From: Raillietiella orientalis
Taxonomy: Eukaryota
Assembly: GCA_036172245.1 (NCBI GenBank)
Contig: JAYWIR010000063.1
Location: forward strand, 124,001-188,000
DNA length: 64,000 bases
Reading direction: 5' to 3'
Part shown: positions 46,451-59,400 of the stretch, one piece after another
Position numbering within the stretch: the first letter of the stretch is position 1
Layout of the letters: each line of letters starts with the position of its first letter
Made by a program: the position numbers and the translations under genes
The notes under the pieces: generated by a model
Told to the model about the DNA's origin: nothing
What the model saw: only the letters and a program-made list of their open reading frames with translations
The model's database searches: none

Positions 46451-47259
46451 AAAGACAAGAGCGGAGGCAAACCATGACGACTTGGCTAAAGGTCTGGAAA
46501 TGCAAACTCGATCGGTTTGCAAGCGGTTGCTTTATTTATTTATTTGTCTGTCTATTTTCATTTATTTTTTTTGGCGCGCAGAAGAAGGCTTCTTTCTCTT
46601 TGCGGGAAAGTCACAAGGAAGCGAAAGTGGGTCTCCGTTGCATCTCATTTACCCATCCATCCCAATGCCATCCCCTGCACGGAATCTGGGATGCCCGTAC
46701 TCCGAACAGCTAGCCGGTTGCCATGCAACCTTCACAGTTTTCAGTTTTCCTCCCCGACTTCGTGCGCCGCGAGCAACAAGAGCGCCGTTCCACAGCGCCT
46801 ACGCCTCCCTGACCTTTCCCCTGCAGGATGCGCGGGTGGACAGTCCATTGATATTCCGCGAGCGTCCTGCACACAGAGACACACCGTGGATGCTCGACAC
46901 GGAATCGGCTGTGGCCAACAGAATAGGGAAATCCCAGCGGTTTGGCGCCCTGGAACACTTGCACTGAACGGCAACAACAACACTGTGAGCCACGTGGCAC
47001 GGGGAGAAAACGGAGCCGCGTACACGGAGCAGAGAACGCAAGGGAGCACAACATGCGCTCCTGAGGGCGTTCACGGACCACGAACGGCACGCCCGCTCCT
47101 GTCGGAAGACGGTGCTTACCTAGCCTACTTCTCCCCATCCGAGAAATGGGGGAGGAATTCCTCCCTCGCTCCCACACCCTCGGGAGCGCTTTCGCGACGG
47201 CATGCTGACTGAAAGCCTGCACTCGGCACACCTGACCAAGAGCAGCAGACCTGACATCC

Positions 47260-47680
47260 GATGTGCCAGACGGAGGGAACGGTGGTGGTGATTGGCATTC
47301 CGCGGTCCTTTTGCTCAGCCCGCAAGACTCGTTGCCGGATGGAGGCGGATTTTGCAGAGTAGTAGTCGCGAGATGCCCTCGGCTTCCTTGCGGAAGAAAC
47401 GCCTGGCTTCGTGGAGGACGGCTCCCCGCTGAAAGACGCGTCCCGGAGCTCGTGCGCGCTTCGCTCGCTCCCCACGATCGGATGAACGAACGACGGGGTC
47501 GCCAGGGTGTCCTCCGGCAGGCCGTGCTGCCGGAAGGATGGCATTTCAGAATTCGATGGAGGAATGGTCGCAGATGGTCAATCCGAGTCGTGGAAATGGT
47601 GTTTCGGCGTCCGGGGGAGATGCCAGGTTCAAGGGAAATTCATGTCGAGGACCACGCGCTCTCTGCCGATGTTTGTCCGA
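47260..47680 (-). mobile_element. Possible retroviral-type integrase core remnant
   Basis: RVVLDMNFP, FRQHGLPE and PPSGNESCGLSKRT in order resemble rve motifs (VVD..P, F.RHGLPE, HPQSNG..ER..RT). Stops are present. Confidence 0.3.
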
Positions 47681-50600
47681 AGGTTGGCAGAGCTCGGCTT
47701 CCGCGCGCTCCTCGCTCGACAGAGCGAAGTCCGTGATGCGTGAGCGAACGGAACGTCCGCAAGCCGAAGGTTCGGTTGACGACGCGCGGAGGGAGCAGAC
47801 AAACAGATGAGCGCGCCTCGAGGCAGCCCGAGAACCGGCAGAGAAAGAAAAGGAAACATCACGAAGAGGAAAGAGCTGCCTCAGCCCCTGTTGAGAGCCT
47901 CGAAACGTGCAAGAAGAGTTCCAACATTCTGCAGTAGGATGCATCCTTTGGATTTCTTCCCTTCCCCCCCCCCCCTCCCTTTTTCGAAGGCGAAGCAACT
48001 TGAAGCTACCGGAGACAGGGACTGCGGGGCAGGAACACCATCCCTCCCCCAACCCAACCCACGGGTGCATCCGCCTCAAACGAGCGGCTCACGCTGCGAT
48101 GATGGATGCTGAGCAAGGTGCCAACGCAGGGGTGGACGCCAGCACACGGGAGCCGATCGCACGTTGCCATGCGAGAGCGCCGAAACGCGGATCCCTGGCG
48201 CGGAATGCAGACAACCGGGGAGGGAAGGCGGTGCCGACGTGCCCTGCTTCCGGGGCACATGCTTTCACGCGTCGGGCATCGGGTTCCCGGGATCAGGAGA
48301 CCGAGGAACCAGGCTGGACGGAGGCCGTCGAGCCGGGCGCGGCGTGACGTCAGGCGTCGATGCGCCAGGCGGGACGCTTCCGAATCCGTACTCGGCGCAG
48401 AGTGGCGCGCCCGGCACAACCGTCCGTCCGAAGGCCGCGCGGTGCGCAGCGCCAAGTCGGCGCAGCGACGACGGCCGAACTAACCGCAGGGTCTGCCACG
48501 TGACGCGCAATCGGAAATTCAAAAAAGAAAACGAAAGACTTCTGCGACGATCGAAGAAAAAATTATTGCTATCATTATTAATTGACAGTGTTTAATTTGC
48601 ACATTCTAAGTCACACGAAAATTCAACACAATATCTCAATTCGAGCAAAAGTAGCAATTCGGATATTGGGCAACGTGAAAGATACAGATACTATGTAATT
48701 TTAATACCGTGTAGTACAAATATGCATTCTAAATATTATGTGATGAAAAATTTCTCGATTAATTATTATTTAATCACATGTCTTTAGATTACACGTGGTA
48801 TAATATGCAACATTTATAATGTTACATTGTTTATAATAATGCCTTTGAGGGACAGTGGATGACACGCTTTGATTTATGAGTATCGCATGCGTTCGCCCGC
48901 GGACGTCACCGGAAGTTTGACCGGCAGTTTTCGGTACCTTCACATCCGTGCGATGCTGACATGGAAACGAACAGCCAAATTTCCGAGCGAAACGAGCGAG
49001 CCAAACGGGTGGGGGGGCTCAGAGAAGCGGAGAGGCGAGACCTGGTAAAGAGGCTGCTTGCTCGTGGACGCCCGTGGATCGCAACGCCCGCGAAAGGAGG
49101 TGGTCCCAACTCTCCGCAGCCCTCATTCTCCGATTCGGGGACCATTGGAACCGGTCGAGGAAGAGGAAGAGGAGGAAAAAGGAAGAAGGGGGCGGAGGAG
49201 GACGCAGCTTCAAGACTGTGCAGCAGTTCGCACGATGCAGAAGGCTCCCTTAAAAAGAGGGTGGTTGCGGTGTGGTGAGGGAGTGTCGGACCACCTGCGC
49301 CTGCAGACACGAGCTACTGTGGCCTTCCAGCCCGGAAGGCCTTCCTCGAGATGCTGGCGACATGCGCGCTCTTCGACGCTGTTCCCGGCCGCGCCGCTGG
49401 ACACTTTCACTTCCGAAGAAAGAAGGGGGTGCGGGAGGGATAAAAGGGGAAGGAGGGGGGGAGTAAAAAGAGCTATCGAATGGTGTCCTTGTCTGCTTCC
49501 GGTTTTCACTCCCGTGCCGCTCCTGCATCGACTGAGAGTGCAAACCCAAAATAACGCGCGTATCTCAGAACTCGGGGGGGGGGGGGGGGTTCCCCCGCTG
49601 CTGTTGACAGTGGCAGCAGGAAAATCCCGAGTCTTGGAGACGTCCGTCCTATGCAAGCGGCAGATGGTTTGACCTCTCCTCAAAATATGTTCTTCCCGCC
49701 TTGAGGCGCTTTACAGCTGAACCTCGCCTCCTCGAAGTGAGGTCAGGAATGCTCCCTGAGGCCCACAAGAGCAAGGGGGCGGCAGCGAGGAAAAGGGAGG
49801 AAGATGGAGCTGAAGTTACAGGGACGCGCAGGCGTCCTGTGATGGCCACGTTTTCCTTTCTCCCTGAAGACCTGACTTTCCGACGAGCAGGTCAGCGAGC
49901 CCGGAAGTCACCGCTGCAGATCGAGGAGGCGGGGGGCGCAGCAAAGAGCAGCGTTCCCATGAACTTCCAGAGTGTCTCCGGCTCTTCAAGGGAGACCCCC
50001 CTGGGCGACCGGGATCCAGGAGGGAGCTCACCCACCCACCGGGGCCCTTCCGAGATCGCCTGAGGGGACGCGGCGTCCGCTGATACCGGCACGCCGTAAG
50101 TCCGGAGCAGCCTTCTGCCTGCTTGCGCGCCCCCAGGGCTCCTTGGAGAGTTCCGGCTGCTGCCCATGGCCTTCCGCGCGATGCGACGGACCCCGCATCG
50201 GGCGGCGCGACCCTCGGATCGGCGCTTCCGTCGGTTGCGCGTCGCGGCCTGCGTGGCACCGCCGCGTCTAGCCCTCCGCTCGCACTCCAGGTCGCCTCCT
50301 TGCAGGGTCAAGGAGTGTCGCCAGCCGAGACAGCCGGGAGCTGAGGAGGGAGTGGTGGCCTTGGGCTCCGCGGACACCCAGGACTAGTCGAATCCGGGAG
50401 GGAGTCGGGGGAAGAAGCAGCAGCTTGGAGACGCCGTGTGGGCCGAAGGGGCACGTGGTGCAGCCACGGAGAACCCGGGGGTGCGCAGGCGGGCCCTTCG
50501 AAGAATCTCCAGAAAACCGCCAAGCCTCTCCGAAACAAGTGGACTCCGGCAAACCGGAAGTGTCGCCCCTGGCCGCAACGTCGACAAGACTGCAGATGAC

Positions 50601-51799
50601 TGCACCGGCTGGAGCTCAGGGGGAGGGTCGTTGCGTTCCTGCGCCTGGTGGCGGGGCCCGCAGAGAGCTCTGCTCGCTGCGGGTCAGGGTTTAGCGAGGG
50701 TCAACGACGCGCCCCAGATCGTCTGCCGGTCTCCCGCGCGGCGCTCGCGTTCTCGAGGCTCCCTCTGAGGTGGTTCTTCGGCACACCTACGGTTCGCACG
50801 CGCCCCTGTCTATGCCCGCCGAGTCGGGGGGGAGGCGGTCAGGGTGGAGGCCTCCGCTTGTGTGGTCTGAAAGGGAGGAACGCCTATTTCCTCCTTTCGG
50901 CCGCAGCTCCCGCAGCAGTCCTGCGAAAGCATGGTCGCCCGGCCCCTACTACCTACGGCCGTTTCGGCGAGGAACGCGGCGCGTTTCCCGGTGGACCGAC
51001 TCCCCGCGCGCAGCGGCATTCCTTCTTTGTCCCGCGCCGGCGCCTCAGAGGAGACCGCAGCATCCTCCTCCCTTTCGCAGATCCGGGAAGCACCTTTTGT
51101 CTGCGTCACCCATCGGCTCGACGGACGGTTCGGCGGGCACGCGGGGCCAGGCGCGGACGAGAGAGCGCGCAGCGTCGGCAGGGACGGCTATCCCGAAACT
51201 GCACGTCCTCGCCCCATGAATTTGTGGCCACCCCCCCACCCCCCCTTCCGTTTCGCCCTCTCTACCCGCTCGTCGGCCTCCCACCATCGTCACCTCCCAC
51301 CCTTCGGACGAGGTTCCAGAAAGATCCGTCTTGTCGCGTGGCGCGCTCGCGCGCGCTGCGCCATTTCCCGGTCCGCTGCGAGGCCTGCGGAATTTCGTGT
51401 TCCTTCCGCCGTGACCTCGTCGCCATCGGCGGGTGACCGCGCACGCGGCACGTACGCCGGCCGTCCTCTCTCCTCCGAGCGACGGGCGCACCTGACGACG
51501 GGCGCATCCGAGGACTTCTTCCCGCAAGCGGCGTGCGAGGCGCGCCCAGTGCGACGGTCTCCCTGCTAAAAGCGGGCGTGGGCGAGCGGCTGCCGCCAGC
51601 GACAGCCGCTCCGTCAACAACGCCCCGGGCGTTGTTGACCACGTTGACATCGCAATCCGTTGGCGTCTTGGGCGCTCCTTCTGTGATCAAACCGTTGCCG
51701 AGTCGACTGTGGGGCTCGAAATCCCGAATTCCGGAGTTTCCAAGGATCGTACAACGCAAATACATGCTCTCATTGTACACAGAGTAACGATTAAGGATC

Positions 51800-52490
51800 G
51801 TCAAAAATAAACATATATGCTTATTATGTTTATTTTTTTATTAATATATATATATATATATACTAATAATATGCATGCATATTTGTTAACATTATTAACA
51901 TGCGCATAATAAATATAATTAATAATGCGTATTAATGTATATCCTCACTGTATATATTACAGTTTATGGAACTGCTTCTCTATTTATTTTTATTTATTAT
52001 ATTATTTTTATACTTCCCCTATTTTTCATTGTGAAGATTATTTTTCATTTGTTATAATTCGATATTTATATATTCATTTAATATATACTGAATACATATA
52101 TAAACGCAGATATCAATATATATTAAAATGTATAATGAAAATATACATTTGTTTTTCATGATCTCTAATATATAAATTAATGATACCTAAATGCATACTG
52201 TCAATTATATTACTAATGTGAATGTTCCTAAATATCATCAAATATATATCTTAGAAACAACAATATTAATAATATGTATGTTTATAAATCTTAGTAATAC
52301 ATATGGTAAGATAAATTTGTATACTAATATATAAATGCTAACAAACGTAATAGGCACGCATATTTATTTTTTATGGTATTATTAATGGTATTTTTTATGG
52401 TATTATATATCTATTAATCCACATATCTATTATACATACGTGAATTCCAGCTGTTATATGTACATGAATGTACATTTCAAACTACTTAAA
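51800..52490. repeat. Very AT-rich low-complexity island with (TA)n
   Basis: Abrupt switch from GC-rich flanks to nearly pure A/T sequence, including a (TA)n run near 51844-51862. Confidence 0.8.
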
Positions 52491-53276
52491 TGCCGGTAAT
52501 GGGAGCGTGTACTGAGTTTTTGTGGCTCCCGAGGGGTGACGTGCGGTGCTTCGATGGCCGCCGCGATGGGCCGCGGGCCCCGCTCGCGTGGAGGCCGCGG
52601 TGGGGGCACCCGCGCGCGTTCCTGAGGGCAGGCTGCCCCTCTCCAGAGAGACGACGGGAGGGAGGGAACCCACGCGCCTTTGCGCGCGCGTGCTGAGCGG
52701 TAGGCAGAAGTCCGACGCCCGCTCCACCTCCAAGGTCGCTCGACCACCGGGGGGAGGGGGGGGAAATCTTTCTGGAGGCCGACAAGGCGGACCTTCCTGG
52801 GGTTTCGTGGAGGTTACCGCGGTCGGGGGAGGCGGGGGAGGACGTGGGTCCGAGGAGCCAAAGATGGCGGGCGCCGTCGGGAGAAACGCAGTTCCCTCCC
52901 CGTTCAGAGACTTCCAGGCAGGTCCTCCGGAAGTCTCCTCGCTAGAAGGCCACGCCCTTCCCCCCTCCCGAGGTCATCCGCACGCGCGAGCGCAAAGAAG
53001 CAAGCGGCTGCTGCTCTTCCGAACGCAGCATCCTTTGGAGGGGCTTCCTGATGCCTCGCCCCTGCGCTGGGGGCTCTCCGCGCTCTTCCCCCTGCTGGGC
53101 ATCCCGATGACGTCCCTCCGGTGCGCCATAGGAGACAACGTCCCGGGCCTCGGCGCTGCCCGGAAACAGCTCTCCGGGCACTTCCCGGCTTTCGAAGCCT
53201 CACGCATTCCGAGCTGCGCCTGGCGTTCATTCCGGGCCAAAGGCCTCGGGCAGTGGCGCCCCGAACCCGAGCTTAC

Positions 53277-53405
53277 TCTTCTCGCATTCCATCCTGGGGT
53301 CCTCGTCGCTCCCGTCAGAGCACTGAGTTATCCCGTCGCACACGTTATAGATGGCGATGCACTCCCGTCCGTCCCGGCACCGGAACTGCCACAGGTTGCA
53401 CGGTC
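53277..53405 (-). CDS. LDL-receptor class A domain exon (LRP11-like arthropod protein); remaining exons unresolved
   Basis: Phase 1-1 exon (129 nt) bounded by CTTCTTCCAG and GTAAGC. Encodes PCNLWQFRCRDGRECIAIYNVCDGITQCSDGSDEDPRMECEK, with six cysteines and the DGSDE calcium motif. Confidence 0.85.
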
Positions 53406-56400
53406 CTGGAAGAAGAAGAAGAAAAACGGGAGTGCACGCAGAGGAAGGGCGGGGGGACGCGAGGGAAGGGCGGCCCCCTTTGGTGGCGAAGGTGGACCCG
53501 GCCGGGCTCGCCTCGGAGTCCATCTCTCGGCCCTCCCTCTCCTCCGTTCCTCAGGATGGAGGGAGCGGCCCGCTCCCGTCTTTGCCCTCCATCGAGCTGG
53601 GGCAAAGAGCGCTCGGGTTCAGGAGGACGTTCCTCCGCCCGCGCGGGCCGGGGCGGGTCGAAGCGGGCAGAGGTCAACCACGGAAGGCCTCTTCTCTGGG
53701 GCTTTTTTGCGCCCAGATTGCCGTCGGGCCGACTCCGCGAGGGACTTGCTCGGGGGCGGCTTCCAACAAAAGGGAGGCAACGTGATCACATGGTTGCGGA
53801 ACTGCCCTCCCCCTCCCTCCACCGCCTGCCGCCGCCGCCACCACGTGGAACGGGCAGCGGGAAAAAAGCACGCTTCGGGCGTCACCCCAAGTCCACAAAG
53901 CACGTCCCACGCACGCGGAAACGCGCGCAGGAGCGCGCGTGCCCGCGTTGCCTCCTGAGTAGTGCATATCGATGGCGCATCGAAGGCTGCGCCAGAGCGG
54001 TTCTCAGCACCGCCAGTGGCGGTCCGACCCTCGAGAGCGGATCGATCCCATTGTGCGCGCGGAAAGGGTGGCGGCGGCGCCACCTCACGGTCCTCCCGAG
54101 AACTGGAGACTTGCTGGCAGGAAATGGGCCGTTCCCTCGGAAACGCGAAGGAGAGGAGGTTTGGGCGGCCGGACGGCTTCGCCACGCAGCCATGCCGGGT
54201 CGTGCCTCGACGATGCGGTTGCCACCTGCCGAGGTCCCGCAGGGGGATCCCGCTGACCGCCAGCGTTGTTGGCAAGCTTGGCGAAGGGGAAGAGGGGATG
54301 GCGGCGGCGGTAGAGAGCAAAGTTCCGCGGGACGCGCTCAGCGCCATCTGTTGGTAAACTGCCGCACTTGCTCGGTTCCGAAAACTGCGTGAGGGCGGCG
54401 TGCAGCACGCATCGATCGAAAGTTCAGCGCGTATTCCGACGTGGGACGGACGCTCAGCACGTGGTTGCGCGGCCGTCGCAGAGGCGGCGCTCGTGGATGG
54501 GGACGCCTCTGCGATGGAAGCCACTCTCACACTGGGGGGTTGAAAAAGGGGCTGAAAATGGCGTCGCACGGGAGGCCTACGAACGTTTCCCGTAATGGCG
54601 AGGGAGAGAACAGAGATGAGCGCTGCGGGGCACCGGAGGCGAGGTGGATGAGGGCAGCATCCAGCAGCCTTCCGGTAAAGATGAAGGCAGCAGCCTCTTC
54701 CGGATCTTCTGACGCTGTGCCTCCATCCCGAGCGGCCCCGGACGAAGGCACAGCAGACGCTTCCGGAGGCAGCCGTGAACGGATGTTCCGCTTGGAGTGC
54801 GTGGAGGAGCTTCCGCGGAACTCCAAGTAACAGCGGTCGTCTTCTGTGAGCGCCTGCACGCGAGTTCAATGAGCGACCTGAGGGCACACGGCGCCGATGA
54901 TGGTCTTCCGCCGCCAAGTAAAAGCCCCGAATGGGCACTCCATCAGTTGCGGATAGACGGCGAGGGAGGTCGCGGGCCTTCCCGTGAGCCTTCGCTCGTG
55001 TCACGCTGCGCATCCGTGGAGATCATCCGCGCTGCTGCCCCCTCCCACCTTCTCTGTGGTCGCAGGGGGTTCAGGAAGAGAAGGCCGTGGCGGAAGCGTG
55101 AGGGAAGAATCTCGCGGGAGCGGTCGCGCAGATTTTCCGCGCTGCCGCCACCGCCACCCTTTGCCGTGGCGTCGCGTCCAAGAGCAGTCACCCAGCGCCG
55201 GACGGAACACGCCCTCCGAGGGAGCCCGGCGGGGGAGGGGAGGCCGCTTCCTCGGTTCGACCGCCGATCTCCCAGAAGGCTGCGTCAGCGCCTCGTAAGG
55301 AGCCGTCACACCGAGTTGCTGCCACGGTTCACTTGAAGTCGCCAAGGCCTTTTTCCGATGGTCGACTTCGTGGAGGTGAAGAAAAAGAAGGCAAAAAAAA
55401 AAAAAAAAAAACGCGCGTCGCTGCCTCGAGCAGATTTCCCGTCGAGCGAAGAAGCTGCGAGTCAGCGTGGGGGGACGGAGGTGAACGAGCGGTGCGGCGT
55501 CGCGTGACCGTCGCTCCTAGATGTGCAAAAGCAGGAAAAAAGCACCCGCGCGACGGGACCCCCGCAGGCGTGGCTCCTCAACGGCTGGCCACTGCCCGAA
55601 CTGGGGCAGCTGAGATGCAGCAGGGCAGTGGCCTAGCATCCACCTCCCGCGGCTTCGAACGGTCAAGTACCGAGCCCGGAAGTGACCCCCCGTAGTGCGT
55701 GCACGGACTGGCGCGCTCGCTCGCGCCAGTCCGTCAGCAGCGGGGAGGGAGGAGAGGAGGAAGGGACCACGCCTCGTCCTCGCACCGGGCTCCGGGTAAC
55801 ACCCGAAGCTGCAGGCAGTACCGAAGGAGCCGCTTCGGTGGCGGTGGCGTCCTTTACGGGATGATGCGCGCGCGCCGTTCGAAAGTTCCGAAAGACGCGT
55901 TTCCGAGTTGGGCTCGGCGAAAACGCGTTGGCTGCTGCCGCGGGGAGTCGCTCCAACGCTGCAGAACGCTGCTGGGGGAGGGAGGGGGGAGGCGATTTCT
56001 CTCGAGGGGCGCTGAGCGCGGAAAGGAGGTTTACCGGCGAGGAGCGCGCGCGCGCGCCCTCCCTCCAGGCGCCCGGGAATCGATCATCTCCAGCGGTGTT
56101 ATCGCTCCCCGCCCACGCGCACGAGCCGACCGGGCGGAGGGGAGATAATAGGGGGAGAAGGAGGAGAAAGAAAAGTAAAGGCGGACGGTAGGAAGCCGCG
56201 CGTCGTCGAACGGGGGAACGGAGCGGATACGAAGGGTGTGTCCCCTTGCGCAGAGGGGTGGCACAACCACCTGTAAGACCCGGAAGCACAATAGTGCGTG
56301 CGGCTGGAGATGGGAAGAAACAACAGCATTCGTTGCCTGGGTCGAGTACGCGACCTTCGGACGGTCCGGTCAACCTGCGGGGACGTCGAGCATGCGCGTC

Positions 56401-59400
56401 ATGCAGCCACTGTAGCCAGCTGCTGCAGCCGATGCCCGCGCCGCGTCAGCACCCTGGGAAGTTCCGTCGCGAGAGACGAAGGGAGGAGAGGGGGGATGGC
56501 AGCAACCATCCCGCACCTCACGCGAGTCCGATCCCCCGCTTCATCTGGGCGTTCTCCAGCGGGATAAAGAATGGGCCCCGACTGCGGTTGTGGCGACGCC
56601 GCCACGGAGCTCTGGGTCACGTTGCGGTCGCTTTCTTCCTTAGGAGGGTAATTGCGACCTCGCCAGATCGGGAACGCCTTCGCCGCGCTGCCTCCTCGCT
56701 CGTTCCTTCCTTTCTGCTTCCCGTCGAGCGCCGGACGGCTTCCATGCACAACCCTGCACTTCTTTCTCCCTGCGCCTGGTCTCCGGCCGCGCCTCCGACC
56801 CAGCGACTGAATCCAAGCGCCGACGGCCGCGCGCGTGGCGCCTCCCGGTGAGAGCAAGAGCTTGGTGGCGCGCCTCGCGGTCGGCGCGCGAAGCTCCACG
56901 CGCCGCGGTCGGCAATGGGCGGGACCGGATGCTGGGAGCGCCCGCGGGTGCGGGACGGGGCGCCTCGGCACCTCCGGCCCCCTGCCCAGGGAAAGGCTGG
57001 CTGACTTCCCCCCCCCCCCCCCCCCGGCAGCGTTCCGGCGATCTCCCGACAACGACGGGCTCATTCCCGCGGGCACCACTGCTCCCGGAATCCCCCGGTC
57101 CTGTTCCGCGGGCCCAGGTCTCCTTCACTGTGGTCCGCATTGATCCTGATGGCTGGAGGCGCCTGGGGGAGTACTTCTCGATGCTCCTTCCTTCCTCCTG
57201 TGGGACCGTCGCGCTTCGTCCGTTGCATACACGGGATGGTGATCCTCGAAACGGGCTGTGACCGACGTCCGAGTCCCCGGTAGACATAGGTGGGAGGCCC
57301 TACTTCAAACCCTCGGGTGTCGTCTTCCTCCCCACGCCTGCGGCTGGTGCGAGCGAAAAGGTGGGCGCGGCGACGTCCCACCTTTTCGCCGGTGGCGGAA
57401 CGGCGAGGTGGGGAGAAAACGAACCGGGAGGACGAGGATGGAAGAGAACGGGAGGAGGGCCGCAGCAGCAGCGCGCATCCCGCCGAGGGAGATCGAAAAC
57501 CGCAAGGGAGGAACCAAAAAAAAAAAGTCAGGCAGACAGGAGTTCGAGAAGAGTGTTTTTTTCTTTTTTTGGCCCCGGACGTCGCTGGGAATGCCGGGAA
57601 TTCCAACAGTGGCGGCGGAGCTCGCCGTCGCCTTGGACACGGCGGCGCGCGCCCTCCCGCTTGTTTTTGCGGCGCTCTCCCTCCGTCTTCGGTCGAGGGG
57701 TCACTGCCGGAAGAAGACGCGGACGTCAAAACACTTGCGGGCGCCAGGCGCCAGGCGCGCGCTCGTGCCTCCTCGGAGCGAGACAATGCACGCGCGCAGC
57801 CTCCGCGGCGCAGACAATGCGTTGCGCACTCGCACAACAGCCGCAGCCCATCTCCTGCGCACGACGGGCGGGGTCCAAGGCAGCCTCTTTGTTTCTCCGT
57901 TGTTGTTGTTCTCGATCTCGGCGAGAGATGAAACGAGACAGCACAATGCGAGCGCCCGTTCCCCCTCCTGACGTGACCGAAGGGTGCGCGTGACTCGAAG
58001 GTGAAGAAGGAGGAGGAGGAGGAGGAACCGATGGCGGCAGAAACTTCCAAGACCGGGGAGGGGAGCGGGTAGAGGACGGCGGAGTCGCCTTCTGGAGGGG
58101 CCGCCCGCTACCGTCCGACGCGCGGAGGCGGCAAGCGAGCCGCGTCCTCGCTCGCCCAGGGCGGCGCACGCGCGCGGTCCCCTCCGGAGGTTATCGCGGC
58201 CTCACTGAGTAACGCCGTTGCTCTTCGTCGCGTGCGGACATCGGAGCAGCGCGCTGTTCGCCATTCCCCTTTCCTCCCCCCGTCTGTGTCCGGAACGGCT
58301 CCGTGTTCCGTGGAGTGCTGCCTGGGGTGGAGGGAGCGGAACCTAATGGGACCGGATGACCATGGGAAGGGCGTTGGGTGGGTGGGGCACTTTTTCCCGG
58401 AAAGGGCCACCTGTCGGGAGCGCGGCTGGCGAAGCCGCCTTCTCGGATGCTTTCCGGTCCACTTGGCCGCTGCCATGGAGATACCGATCTGGCGGAAACG
58501 CTCGGGATTGAAAGCTTCCGGGAGGTGAGGCCGGTTCCCCCTATTCCCTGTCGCACCCGCGAGGGCGGCGGAGGAAACCCGGGTTCGATCCTGTCCCGCC
58601 GGCGCCGACGATTGGCTTCCTTTTCCTTAAGTTCTCCCGCGGGGTTTTTCCGGGGAGCGCCATCTCTCGCAGAGACGCCAACGCCGCGCTGTTGGCGGAC
58701 CTTCCCGCGGCGAGGCGTCGCGAGCGGCAGGGGGAAGCGAAGGCACACGCGCACGCTCGGCTCCTGGCGCGCCACGGAGCGCAGGACGTGGCGCGACTGT
58801 GGACGTGGCTCATCCGCACTCCCCTTTCTTCCCTGCCCGCCCCATCAGGGAGGTGGGGCAGGTCGATCCAGTCGGAGGGCCAGGGGAGCGGGAGGCCCTT
58901 GCGTTCCCGAGGGGCGCGAAGCCGAGGTTGCCCGCCCGTCGTCGCCACAGCCGCGCACCTACGCGCAGTCTGCGCGGGCCGATGGAGGAATCAGGCCTGG
59001 TGCCCTCCCGACATCAGGAATCCTCTCAGGACGTGGCACACCTGGACGCTGACTCTTGTGACCTCTCTCCAATCGATGGGGGCCGAAAACCTCCACGCCT
59101 GCGTTTGTGAGGTAATCTGCCACCACGCCAAGCTTCCCGTCGGCCACCTCCGCAACCTGTTTGCTCCCGTCGCGGGTGTGGTGGTCCGCTTGCCACGGCT
59201 CCGCCGCCTTCGTGGCATTACGGGCCCGTCCGCTCCGTTCCGCCCACGGGACCGTCCGTCGAAGGAGCGGCGCCGGGATTTTCCTCCAGGGAACGCGCGC
59301 GCCGCTCTCCCAGAAGCGGATGGCGCAAACAAATAAATAAATAAGCACGTTCTCCCCGCCCCCCCCCCCTCCTCGAATTCTCCAGACGCGATTGTGCAGG

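Noticed and set aside
52546..55013. Overlapping 470-, 423- and 464-aa ORFs
   Set aside because: Mutually overlapping on both strands; the only credible coding signal is the minus-strand LDLa exon.
58540..58600. B-box-like CCCGGGTTCGATCC as a tRNA
   Set aside because: No A box, acceptor stem or cloverleaf.
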